A DNA stretch of 64,000 nucleotides from Octopus sinensis (lineage: Eukaryota). Position 1 is the stretch's first letter. The number at the start of each line of letters is the position of its first letter. The position numbers were made by a program, and so were the translations under genes. The stretch lies in the NCBI RefSeq assembly GCF_006345805.1, contig NC_043016.1:21390001-21454000 (forward strand), in the 5' to 3' direction. The notes under the pieces are model-generated. The model was not told the origin of the DNA. It was given only the letters and a program-made list of their open reading frames with translations, and made no database searches. Shown in pieces: positions 41,601 to 54,988 of this stretch.

Positions 41601-44600
41601 AATAATTTCATTATTGAATTCTGTTTTGTTAAAATTAAATCAGAAGAAATATATATTATTTACCGGGATATTGTCCTAGTAAATAATATATTTTATTCTA
41701 AATTCAGGCCCATTACATTTTCAACAAACTTTTATATCATATTTTCCACTCCTAAACTGATGGTTGAATAGATAAGAGTATGTGTTCAAAGCGTTATTAA
41801 TGCACTTTTGTATACTTTCTATATTTTCGGTACTATATACACAAATATATTAGTCAGCTATCAATTTGAGAATAATCCCTGGTGACCCTGTAAATAAAAC
41901 ACATCGCAAAGATTGTTTACAGAAGATCTATTACTCTGTTACTATTTTTGATGAAGTGATAAGGAATTTAAAGAAATCACCCAGTTCTTGTCTAAATTGA
42001 GCCAGTAGTTTGTTTTTATTTGGTGAAATGACTGACCTATACTAAGCACAATATAAAACTAGAAAAGCACTTGGAGAGCGCAGACCTCTGCCAAGCAGCT
42101 CATTTTCACTCATATACATGCATGCTGAAAATCACCCAATTTCCCAAGCCAAGGGTAAAAAAAAAAACACAGCCATATGATTAAAAAAAAACCTTTAAAA
42201 ACAGGAATCATCTGAAGCAGTTCACAACCACCATCATCATCAGCAGCATTGTCATTGCTTCCACTTCAACCACATACACTGCCATCAATGTCATCATGAC
42301 GGTTACGTTGACAATCACTTTCACCACCACAACCTGTATAACCACTGCAATACCACCATCACCTCAGCATCACACATCACAATGCTCCTATCGTAATTAT
42401 AACCACCGATACTATTTTATCCTCCTCCCATACTTATCTCGACCATCATCATCATCAACACTGTCTCTAAACAGCAACGCCACCATAGGTTATGTGGAAA
42501 CGATGTGTTTTCAAGGGAGATAATCAAAGAACGCAACCTTGTAATACTTCTTGTAAAGTAAATATAACAAATGAAAAATACTTCAAGAATCCATAAAAAT
42601 TCCCAGATCACTACCAAAATTTCATCATCACACAAACAGACAAACCAATGGCAATAAAAACATCACCTCCTTCCTTTGTTGGAGATAATAATATATAAAA
42701 TAAATATATATAAAATTGAGTTCTATTCTGTGTTTAGCTTGTTATTTTATACCTGCCAAACATAGCTGGTATAACCAATGCAAGGCTATACATTATTGTG
42801 AGTGTGTGTTTAATTATTAATTTTATGTTCAATTTTTTTCTCAGCCATGCTTTGTCCCTTTCTGGATCAACATCAGAACAAGGAAATTTGCAGCAACATT
42901 TAAAGCTTCTAACTCATAACCCTTATGGAGATTCATCTTTATTCATGAATTTGAATGACGTAAGTAAATATTAAGTAAATAGTTGCAGTAAATCATTGTA
43001 GCTAAAATGGTAGTTTGAAATGAGAAATTTTGGAAGTGTTTAGAATATGAAGTAATGAAAAATTAGACTTCTGAGAAATGATATGGGAAGCTAGTTTAAA
43101 GAAATATAGTATTTAGTTGCATGGTTTTTTTTTTTTCTTTTTTTAGGTAGATAAATCATTGGGAAGAGGATTTATGTTGGTTGGGCCATGTATTAGATTT
43201 TAGAGTAAATGTTGTATCTATCTTACCCTTAAACCTTACACTAAACATTATATCCAGTTATTATTCTCAGGGAAATTATGCGCCTTACTTCATATAATTA
43301 TGTGGTAGCTAAGATATCTTCAATTGTCAAATTTGATTCATGCTAAACATGCCTTCTGTTTTTATGTTTAAATTTCATATTTCAGAGTAAAATCAAAACT
43401 GAAGATGTTCTTAAGCCTACTAATCCAACTGCACAGAAAGCTGTATTGTCTAGTCACTATAAAGTAGGAACTCGTCCACTGGCCAGAGCTAAACCAAAAT
43501 CGCTATTACCCTTGATTTCAAAGAAAAAAGTAAGTATAAAAAATTCTTTTAATTTTTGTGTGGACAATACTGGTGACAGTTGTTCACAGTGCCAGTGACG
43601 CGTAAAAGGCACCCGTGATGTGGTGATATGTAAAAGGCACCCACTACACGCTTGGAGTGGTTGGTGTTAATAAGGGTCTCCAGCTGTAGATTCCAAACCA
43701 AAATTAGACTGGAGCCTGGTACAGCTCTCTGGTTTACCAACTCCAGTCAAACTGTCTAACACATGCCAGCATTGAAAATGGCTGCTAAATGATGATATTT
43801 TAGCAAATACTTGCTTATAGTATTTGTTTTTGTAAGTATTTGTATTATTAAATAAATGTATTATTAAACTTTTCTGAAAATATTTTAAATCTACCTTCAT
43901 TTTGAAATTGTACCTATATGGTATTGATTGATATTTTTCTATTTCAAATAGATGCAAATATTTGATGGTTTGGATGAGGAAGATGAATTTGGGTTCAATG
44001 GAGAAGATTTTTCATTAAAACGAAATATCAAAAAACTCGTTGTCAAAAATTTATCTACTTCAGCAAAGACAAGTTTTAACAGTAATATAAAGACAAACAG
44101 GTGAGTTAATTGTGTATGCATAACACACTGTTGTTTTCTTGCATTCAAATTTTCTCTCTATATCTCAACCCCCCACACAAACAAACATCTGCTATGCATG
44201 TTTCTCTTCATCTCTTCCTCCATCTAATTGTTTAATTCTTTTCTGCTTATTTTCAGTTGGCTTTCCAGTAACACTGTGTCTTTCAATTCCAGTGAAAAGG
44301 TGATAATGTAAGTGGATTCTCTTTTAATTGATCTTTCTTTAAAAAGTTAATTTGAAAATGAAATTACTGAATTGAATTTGTGTTTCTGTTTTAATTTATT
44401 TTTCTAAGATTATGTTGCCTGGAAAAAAAAAACCAAAACAAAACAAAACAAAACAAGAAGTAGCATCATTTACAATAGATAACTTTATCTAGTCAGTTTA
44501 TATGTACCAATTTAAAAGCAAAACAGATATGAAGAGAATTTCAAAGATGGTCTATTAAGATTATAATTACCTTTGTTCTGTTTTCTCTATCTTCAGAAAC

Positions 44601-44677
44601 TCTAATGGTAAGGATGAAGAAAACAATACATCTGATGGCACGCAGATTAGCTCTTGTACTGAACTGAAGTAAGTTTA

Positions 44678-44716
<39 letters not shown>

Positions 44717-47057
44717 TCGCCAGCCTCATCTGGCACCTGTGTCGGTGGCACATAAAAACACCTTCCGAAGACCTGGCAAGACTAGTCGGTCCACCTGTGC
44801 ATACCTTCCTTCCTTCTTGTGACACTTGTGAAGACCGGTTGAGGCAAGTGAAAATCAAATCAAATCAAATCAAAATAGACAAAATAGATGAACATCAATG
44901 GAATTTGTATCTTGTGGTACCAGTGCCTGTGGCACACAAGAAATCCATCAGTGCCGTAGTCAGTGCGGTGGGCACATGACAAACACCATCCGATCGTGGC
45001 CGTTCGCCAGCCTCATCTAGCACCTGTGTCGGTGGCACATAAAAACACCATCCGAAGACCCGGCAAGACTAGTCAGGCCATAACCCATGGCCCCTACCTG
45101 GGACGTAGTCAGTCCACCTGTGCATACCTTCCTTCTTGTGACACTTGTGAAGACCTGTTGAGGCAAGTGAAAATCAAATCAAAACAAATCAAAATAGATG
45201 AACATCAATGGAATTTGTATCTTTGTGGTACCAGTGCCGGTGGCACGTGGCACATAAGAAAACCATCCGAACGTGGCCGTAGCCAGTACCGCATCGACTG
45301 GCCTCCGTGCTGTGGGCACGTAACAAGCACCATCCGATCGTGGCCGTTTGCCAGCCTCATCTGGCACCTGTGTCGGTGGCACATAAAAACACCATCCGAG
45401 CGTGCCGTCTGCCAGCCTCGTCTGGCACCTGTGTCGGTGGCACATAAAAACACCATCCGAGCGTGGCCGTCTGCCAGCCTCGTCTGGCACCTGTGTCGGT
45501 GGCACATAAAAACACCATCCGAGCGTGGCCGTCTGCCAGCCTCGTCTGGCACCTGTGTCGGTGGCACATAAAAACACCATCCGAGCGTGGCCGTTTGTCA
45601 GCCTCGTCTGGCACCTGTGTCGGTGGCACATAAAATCACCCACTACACTCTCGGAGTGGTTGGCGTTAGGAAGGGCATCCAGCTGTAGAAACACTGCCAG
45701 ATCTGACTGGACTGGTGCAGCTTTCGGGCTCCCCAGACCCCAGTTGAACCGTCCAACCCATGCTAGCATGGAAAGCGGACGTTAAATGATGATGATGATG
45801 ATGATGATATATATATATATAAACAGCAAAATGTCTGTCTGTCTGTGTGTCCTTTATACAAATCCACAATTTTTCAGATAGAGGGCTTGAACTTTCTATG
45901 GTCATTAAAAACCGTCCAAGGGTGGTTGTGCACATCTTTACATTTCCCCCAGTCACCCCGCAAAGCCATAAAAAAAATCAATAGAAGTGACTTTTTTGTG
46001 AATTTTCTATCCAAAACCCTATCAAAATGCCCGAAACTTGATAAACCAATTGAATGCCAGTTAGCTATATGTGATTGGTCGGAGATTTAGACAGTACTCG
46101 CGTGTATGTGCACACGCAGCTGTATATGCGTGCAACACCGGGTCATAGTGCTGGTATATATATAACATCATCATCATCATCGTTTAACGTCCGTTTTCCG
46201 CGCTAGCATGGGTTGGACGGTTCAACCGGGGTCTGGGAATCCAAGGGCTGCACCAGGCTCCAGTCTGATCTGGCAGAGTTTCTACAGCTGGATGCCCTTC
46301 CTAACGCCAACCACTCTGCGAGTGTAGTGGGTGCTTTTTACGTGCCACCTGCACAGGTGCCAGGGGGGTCAGGGATCGGCCACGATCGGTTGGTGCTTTT
46401 AACGTGCCACCGGCACGGAAGCCAGCCAAGGCGGCGCTGGCATCGGCCACGTTTGGATGGTGCTTTTTATGTGCCGCTGGCACTGGAGCCAGTCGAGGCA
46501 GCGCTGGCATCAGCCACGTTCGGATGGTGCTTTATATGTGCCACCGGCACAGAAGCCAGTCGAGGCGGCGCTTGCAACGGCCACGTTCGGATAGTGGTTT
46601 TTATGTGCCACCGGCACAGGTATCACAACTTCTATTTCCATTGTTATTTATTTCGATGTTCATGTACTTGACTCAACAGGTCTCCTCAAGCACAGCGGGA
46701 TGTTCTGAAATCCAAGGTACTTTGAATGGGCAGGGGCTATGCGGAACTGGTGCAGGAAGCAGCCCGGGTCTTTGCAGTCACAGCATATCTCCAGAGATCT
46801 CCGTTCTTTGCCATTGCCTCAGTGAGGCCCAACGCTCTGAGGTCATGCTTGACTACCTCATCCCATGTCTTCCTGGGTCTACCTCTCCCCCTGATACCTT
46901 CAACTGTTTGGGAGTGGCACTTCTTCACACATCTCTCCTCATCCATCCGCAGTATATGACCATACCATCGCAAGCATCGCTCTTGCACACCACGTCTGAT
47001 GCTTCTTATGTCCAGCATTTCTCTCAGGGTGCTTACACTCTGTCGTGCGTGCACACT

Positions 47058-47102
<45 letters not shown>

Positions 47103-50100
47103 CTGGAAGTTAAGACATTTAAATTTATTGCTGATGTTTGGAAGAATTATGTGTGTTAAATATTCCCAACATTTTATAAACATCTAGGAAGGGTTAGAGT
47201 GTGTTAACTTTTAAAACTAAAATATATGCCAAAAGTTACTAATAATGATTGTAAAACATTTTTCTGGTTTGTTGATATTAGAAAATTCCAAGTAAACAAA
47301 ATTTATAGAAACCTATAGAATAAAGTTTTATTGGAAAGGTACATGTATGAAATGAAAATTTCAAGGTTCGCTGACAGCAAACATTTTTCTTGCATGTGTG
47401 AGATGGCAAACTTTTTTTTCTTCCTAATTTTGCAGCAACATTACCACACTTATTCACTAACTTAATGGAGAAAATATATTTCATTGGATATTCAAAACAT
47501 TAAAATTACAAAAGGCAATCTTCATGTCCAACTTAATGTAGATGTTTTATTAAAATATTGTGTTATTTACCATGAGAGAACTTCTCATAAGACTTGTGGT
47601 GCGTAAAAGTACTCTTATTTGTATCATTGACAAACGAGAATTGTCTGCTACAGCTGCTAGAACTGCCAGATCACGTGATTTTGCCCTGTTTTGGATTGTC
47701 AGTGGCAAATGTCCAGTAGCAACATAACAACTGAATCTCACTATAAAATACCAATGTCTTTTCAGGCACTGATGTCACAAATAGCCAGCAGGCTTATTAA
47801 AAATAATTAATAGCTACAGAGCTGTATTAATACTAAAAGGAATTTTTTATGTCCTACTTAACATGGATTTTTTATTTTAATAACACTGTATACTGTATTA
47901 TTTACTTAGAGAGGGCCTTTCATATGGACTCATGATGCATAAAACAGGTCGAAATCACATGATCCGGCAGTTTTGGTGGCTGTGGCAGATGATTCTTGTC
48001 TGCCAGTGATATAAATACATGTGCTTGTATGCACCACAAATCATGAAAGGTCCTCTCTATGTACATAACATAATATTCAGTTGTTTTAACAAAACATCCA
48101 TGTTAAGTTGGACATAATGATTGTCTTTTGGTATTAATACTGCCTCTGTTTCTATTAATTATTAAAATTACATTTGTGGATGTACTAGCATAATTAGTTT
48201 GTATTATAAAAAATAAATCATCATCATCATTTAGCGTCCGCTTTCCATGCTAGCATGGGTTGGACGGTTCAACTGGGGTCTGTGAAGCCAGAAGGCTGCA
48301 TCAGGCCCAGTCTGATCTGGCAGTGTTTCTACGGCTGGATGCCCTTCCTAACGCCAACCACTCCGTGAGTGTAGTGGGTGCTTTTTATGTGCTACCCGCA
48401 AATATTAATTAATAAATGAAAGCAATATGCAGTTTTTGTTAACCTCTTTATAATCATAAACTATTGGTGACATTTTCAAATTGATAGTCTCTCACCAGAA
48501 ATTTGTTTAAAGGTAACATCTCAAAAATATCTTCAATGATTCAAAATTTTATCAATTTAAAAAGTAATAATACAATTTTAAACTTTTTTTTTTTAATCTG
48601 TGAAGTGAAAAGGAGAATGAGTCGGTTGATTCTAACCAAAACAGCACTCAGGATAATTTTAACAATAACGAAACAGAATATGAGGTAAGTGAATTATAAT
48701 TGTTTTACTATCTCCTTCTGCATCAGACATGTATTGCATTTCAAATTTAACTTCTTAGGACTTATTATTTATCTCTGCTTGTGAACTCAAAGCAGATTTT
48801 ATAAGTCTTCACTAATAAACATTTCTCATATAAATACACTTCCCAATGCTTTAATTTTAGCAATTAACTTTAGTAGTGAAATGTAAACAAGTAATGAATA
48901 TTGGAATAAGTTTACCAAAAAAAACAAACAAATAAATTAGCAGTTTGGATATGATTACATACAACAAAAAAGCAATCTAAATCTTAATGGGCAAAAATAA
49001 CTTTAACTAAAATATCTAGAAAATTGACCATATGGATGAGTGTGTATGTATATATCAACATAATATAAATACACTGTGTGTGTGCATGTGCGCGCGCACA
49101 CACACACATCTTACCTCCCAATTTGCATCCAAGTCTGCAATACCCTCTTTTTCTTTACTTCATAACACAGTGATTTTATGAGCATTACTCTTATACAGAA
49201 AGCCCCCCACCACCACCGTGACCATCTTTGCTTTCGGCTTTGAAACCCACTAACTCCAAACTACACTTACCTGGAGGTTACACTTTGTTATACATGTACA
49301 CTGACATTGCCCATCCAATGGAGTGTACTGGCTTCATTTCTTTCAAGGTTTTGCATGTTTTGCTGCTATATATAGCATAGCTGTCTGTATACAGGCATCA
49401 TACAATCTGCCTTTCACTCTGAGGGAGAAGCCCTTTGTTACCAACAAAGGTAATAGTTCTCTGAACTATTCCCAACCAGTTCTTATTCTAGCAGCTATGC
49501 TTTCAGAGCAGCCTTCTTCACTGCTAATTTGCTCACTTAAGTAATGGAAACTGTCTGCTACTTCTAAGGATCCCTCTGGACAATTGTGGAAACTTATTTC
49601 CTATACATTTTTGGACTGCACATCTGCCACACAATGCCTACTTTCTCTGTTAACTTACCTTTAATACTGCTCACTTTTTATGCATTCATAGCTTGCATTA
49701 GGTATACTTTATGGAATTTCTGCCTATCCTTTTTCTACATATTGAGCAGGGCCAACGCCCTGAAAGGATTAGTAATTTGTTTGCTTTCCTGCTTATAAGT
49801 ACATTTTTCTTTGCTAAAATAATTTTACTCTTGTTCTAGATTTTCTGCTTTTTTTTTTATAAATCCTTAAAATTTCTATTTAAAACATGTCAGCTTATGA
49901 AAATAGCTTTAAACATGAGTTGTTTTCCAGTTTCAGAGTTAGTTACTCTTCTAAATGGTAATGTTTGATTCTATGTATAATATTTAACTCAGTCCTTTTC
50001 ATCTTGTATAATTATTTCATTGTATAGTTATTCATTATTATGTTATTGTATTCTGCATTTGGAAATATTCGGTCACTATTTTAGCTAATAAGTTTGATAA

Positions 50101-53100
50101 TATTGCATAACAAGAAAAAATCGTTTGCTTTATAATTTATCATAATTAAGATTATAAACTGCTGCTGCATGTAAAAATGTGGTATGACAGAAATTAAAGT
50201 GTTTCCTACATTTTAAAGTGTTTATTTTCTGATAGTGTTTGTGTTGTTTCTTAATGACCAATATGTGCATGATTATGTATTTGTCCTTAGACTGGAACAG
50301 GGAGAGACATCTAGTAAGTAGTTGGGAGCTAATGTCTCCTCATGTTATAAATAATTATGTGAATTATATTGCTTTTGAAAATTACAATCTCTTTCTGGGA
50401 GGTAGATTGGTTGCTCAGATGAAAATAAATTATTTGGTGGTTGTGGAATAACCCATTTTTGTTTGATTTTCTGAGATGTGAAATTATTTCTATACCCTGA
50501 GACATTCAAGCTAGTGTTCCCATTGTAACTATGACAGTCAAAATCAGTGTACTATTCCAGATCTGTTAGTGATAATAAACATATTTCTTCAAAGCTTGTG
50601 TTATTTAAAAATGTTATTTCAACATGTCACTCATTTTTTATTTATACATATACATCAGTATTCCAATGTTCCTCCACATCCTGCCAATATTGTTTTAACG
50701 CGACCTGGTTATTACACTGTGCCTAGTTGGCAAGAATTGACTGATATCACTGATGAAAATGGCGATTGCATTGTGGAAGATTTCACAATTGGAAGAGAAG
50801 GGTATGGAAGTGTGTTTTTTCCTGGCCCTACAAATATTGCTGGAATGAATTTTGATGAAATTGGTAAGTAATTCTTGTTACTATTACAGTGATTACTCAG
50901 GATTATGAGTGTGTGTGTGTGTGTAGAATGGGTCATGAAAGTTACAGATAGAGAGTTATAGCTCAATTGATTAAGAATAGAATTAAACTAGTTAAGATGC
51001 AGTTTAGGTTTGTTCCTGGGAAAAGTACCACAGATGTTATCTTACTAATTAGACAGTTGCAAGAAAAATATCTGGCCAAAAGTAAACCATTGTACTTGGC
51101 TGTTGTCAACCTGATGAAAGCTTTTGATAAGGTCTCCTGTTCGCTTGTCTGGTGGTCTCTAAGGAAGTTAGGAGTAGATGAGTGGCTTGTTAGAGCTGTA
51201 CAAGCCATGTACAGCAGTGCTGTCAGTAGGGTGAGTCAGCCATGAATACAGTGATGAATTTAGTGTACAAGTAGGGGTTCATCTGGGCTCAGTTCTCAAT
51301 CCACTCTTGTTTATCATAGTCCTCCAGGTCATAACAGGAATTTAAAACTGGATAATCATGGGAACTACTTTATGCTGATGACCTCGCTCTTATCGCAGAA
51401 TTGGAGAAGAAATTCCAGGTATGGAAGCAAAACCTGGAATCAAAGGAGCTTAAAGTTAACCTACCTAATACAAAAGTTGTTAGCAAGGAAGCAGAGAAAA
51501 TTCTCTTTGCATCAGATAAATGACCCTGCTCAATACGTAGGAAAGGAGTTGGAAGTAATTCCATTCGCTGCACTCTGTGAAAGCTATGGATACATAAGAG
51601 GTGCACTGGAATCACAGGTAGATTATTGCCTTTGTATGTGCAAATGTGCAGGAACAATAAGCACTAAGGACACATGGGAATTAGACTCTCTCAAATGCCC
51701 AGGAGGCTCTCTTGAGGTTGTAGATAGTTTCTTTTACCTAGGTGACCAAATTGGCAATGGTGGAAGATGTTCTGAAAATATTGTTTCTAGAATAAAAATA
51801 GGGTGGAGGAAGTTCAGAGAGCCGTTACCTCTGTTGGCAACCAAAGATCTCATTCAAAGTAAAAGGTAGATTGTATGATGCTTGTGTATACTCTAATCCA
51901 ATAATTAAATAATTTTGTTGAAATGGGTTACAATTCAAGAAGTAATATAAAAGCATTTGCAATTTAAACTTTTTGGTCATATGAAGATAGTGTTGCTCAT
52001 TGTAATTACTTAAATTAGTTATGTAGTGTATAACTTTCATACCTTGCATGCGTATGTGCATGTGTACACACACATATACACACACACTTGATTAATGTCT
52101 TTTAAAAGATATGAGATTTCAAGTTGTTTGCTAGCTGATGGTATATTGTTTTCTCCAATAGAAGACTTAACTGAGTATATTCATTGTAGATGTACCATAT
52201 TAATTTATATGCACAGATTTGGCTGAAAAATGCAAAGGATAGTTGTGTAGATTGGACATATATGATAGATGAAACTTCTTATTAACCTTTACGATACCAA
52301 CCTGGTTGAACATTTGTACTTTAGAGCCTCTGGCTCTGCCGTACAAATGTTTTGTTTTCAAAAGTTCTGAATTAAAATCTTTCACCAAAGTCACAATTTG
52401 TTCCCAATATTAGCTTAATAACTTAATTATTTTATTAAATTCTTTGTTATATTTAAAATTAATTGAAAAAATGCAGTAACGAAAGGGTTAATGTTGGGTT
52501 TCTGTAAGTTAAGTCATTAGTGTATATTTTGCAATCAGTGTGGAATATAATTTTTTTGAAATACCTGTGTTTCACATCTCAGAAAGAAGCATATATTACA
52601 AATGAGAGTTTACAGTGAATTGATTTCTATCGATTATTCCATTGGTTCTTGATCTTATAATCCACCCCATCAGTGACGTTTTTTTATTATTATTTTTGTA
52701 CCCATATCTCATTAATTAGAAAACATTAAAAAAATCCTTTCTTCGCTGTGGTGTTGACCATGTTCAAAACTTAAAAAAACATTCTTCATTTTAGTAAACA
52801 TAAAAATTTGTCTGTCTCCCTTTCATTCTTTAACTCAGCCCAACCTCATGAGAAACATTTGACCATACAGCTGACTTATTTTTAAGTACAGTTACTAATT
52901 TTGATTGACAAGCTTTGAAATGAAGAGAAAATGTAGGAGAAAACTGTTGCTTGGTGTTTTATCATTTCTGCTGTGTTGTCACACTTACATGTAATATTTT
53001 TCAAGTTAACTTACAAAATACATTTCAGTTCATTTCCGTAAAAAAGAAGTAACAGTTTATCCTGATGACATAATGAAGCCTGAGATTGGGCAAGGGTTGA

Positions 53101-54846
53101 ATAAAAGAGCTGAAATAACTTTGGATTGTGTATGGCCTCTGGATAAAACAACCAAAACAATCATCTCAGTGAGTACATGGACACTACCTGAAATTATTTC
53201 AATTTTATTATAATCACTCTTATACAGACATTAAAGAATTTATATATATATATATATATATTAATCAAAATATGATGATGATTCAAAGGATTTAGCGGTA
53301 CATATGTTTCGGGCCTTTATTAGACGGTTTTATAACAATGCATAATTGATGTAAATGTGTGTCTATGGCCTTCTTCAGCCGTGTACAATTACTACTTCAA
53401 GGACAACTTACAACTATCAAGCATTCACCCTGAATGTTTATATATATATACACACATACATACAGATATTAAAGAATTAAAAACTTAAGAATGTTATCCT
53501 CCTTTAAAATTTTGAATTCTTGAATGAAGCAATGGCATTTTTATTTACAGAGTCCAGACAGACTAAAAATTATGAATTATGAAACACGGCTTGAAAATGC
53601 TACAATAAATCTTGGTGGTCAATTTTTGGATTATCGACCTGAAACTGGATCATGGGTTTTTGAGGTGAGATTATCTTTTTAAATGTCTTTTCTTTCCTTG
53701 CCTACCATTAGGGCAAACTTTGACAAATTTCTTTGTGTGTGTATGTGAAGATTATATTGTTAAATTCTTTTTGTTTTTATTTTCTTATATTAGGTGAAGC
53801 ATTTTTCCAAATATGGTCTCAAAGATGATGATTCTGAAGATGATCAACCACGTGATGTTACAAAAGCCATGAAAGAACTTCACCAAAGAAATTTAGCAGT
53901 TCAGGTTGGTTTATATTATTTAATCCTTGTGTGAAAATTTTGATTTTTATCCTTCATATCTACTCTAATTTCTTTCAACTTTCTAACAGTATTTAAAATT
54001 CTTTGCTAATTCTGTCCATTACTACTTTGTATCAATTAAAAAGAAAGTGTAGTACTTTGTATCTAATTATCTACTGATTCATTAAAAATCTATTTATATT
54101 CCTGATTAAATTTTTATTTCCCTTGCAACTACTGGAGCTGAAATGACTGAACAAGCTGTCTATCCTCTTGCATCCAAACATTTTTTAAGACCTTCACTTG
54201 CAAATACTTAACAGTTTATAAATTTATATATATGTAATTTTCAAAATAAGAGCTGTTTCAAATATTGGGAAAATATTTGTTATGAGAATATACTGCATGA
54301 TCAAGCAATAGTGAAATAATCAGAGAAGGGAGCAGTATAAAATAATAATACATACAATATTGGCGCAGGTATGGCTGTCTGCTAAGAAGTATGCTTTCCA
54401 ACCACATGGTTCCAGGTTCAGTTCCGCTGCATGGCACCTTGCGCAGGTATCTTCTACTTTAGCCGCAGGCTAACCAAAGCTTTGTGAGTAGATTTGATAG
54501 ATGGAATCTGAAAGAAGCCTGATGTGTGTATGTGTTTGTCTCCTACTACAAGTGTTCTTTTTACATCCTTGTAATTCAGCAGTTTGGCAACAACAAAAAA
54601 AAAAAACAAAAGAATAAGTACCAAACTTTACAAAATAAAAAAGTACTGGGGTTGAGAAGTATGACTAATATTCTTCACAGTGTGAAGGAGGAGTGGCTGT
54701 GTGGTAAGTAGCTTGCTAACCACCACATGGTTCCGGTTCAGTCCCACTGCGTGGCATCTTGGGCAAGTATCTTCTGCTATAGCCTTGGGCTGGCCAAAGC
54801 CTTGTGAGTGGATTTGGTAGACGGAAACTGAAAGAAGCCTGTTGTA

Positions 54847-54914
<68 letters not shown>

Positions 54915-54935
54915 TGTATATATATTATATATATG

Positions 54936-54988
<53 letters not shown>

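Noticed and set aside
44597-44607. 11-nt microexon using the gtaagg donor
   Set aside because: Breaks the frame; the 72-nt version ending at AA|gtaagt keeps phase.
45350-45630. CRISPR-like array
   Set aside because: The units are contiguous 62-bp tandem repeats with no unique spacers, inside a eukaryotic retrotransposon UTR, and there are no cas genes.
44963-46700. Long overlapping ORFs on both strands (120-250 aa)
   Set aside because: Products of the GC-rich tandem repeat and RTE UTR; repetitive peptides with no domain signal.
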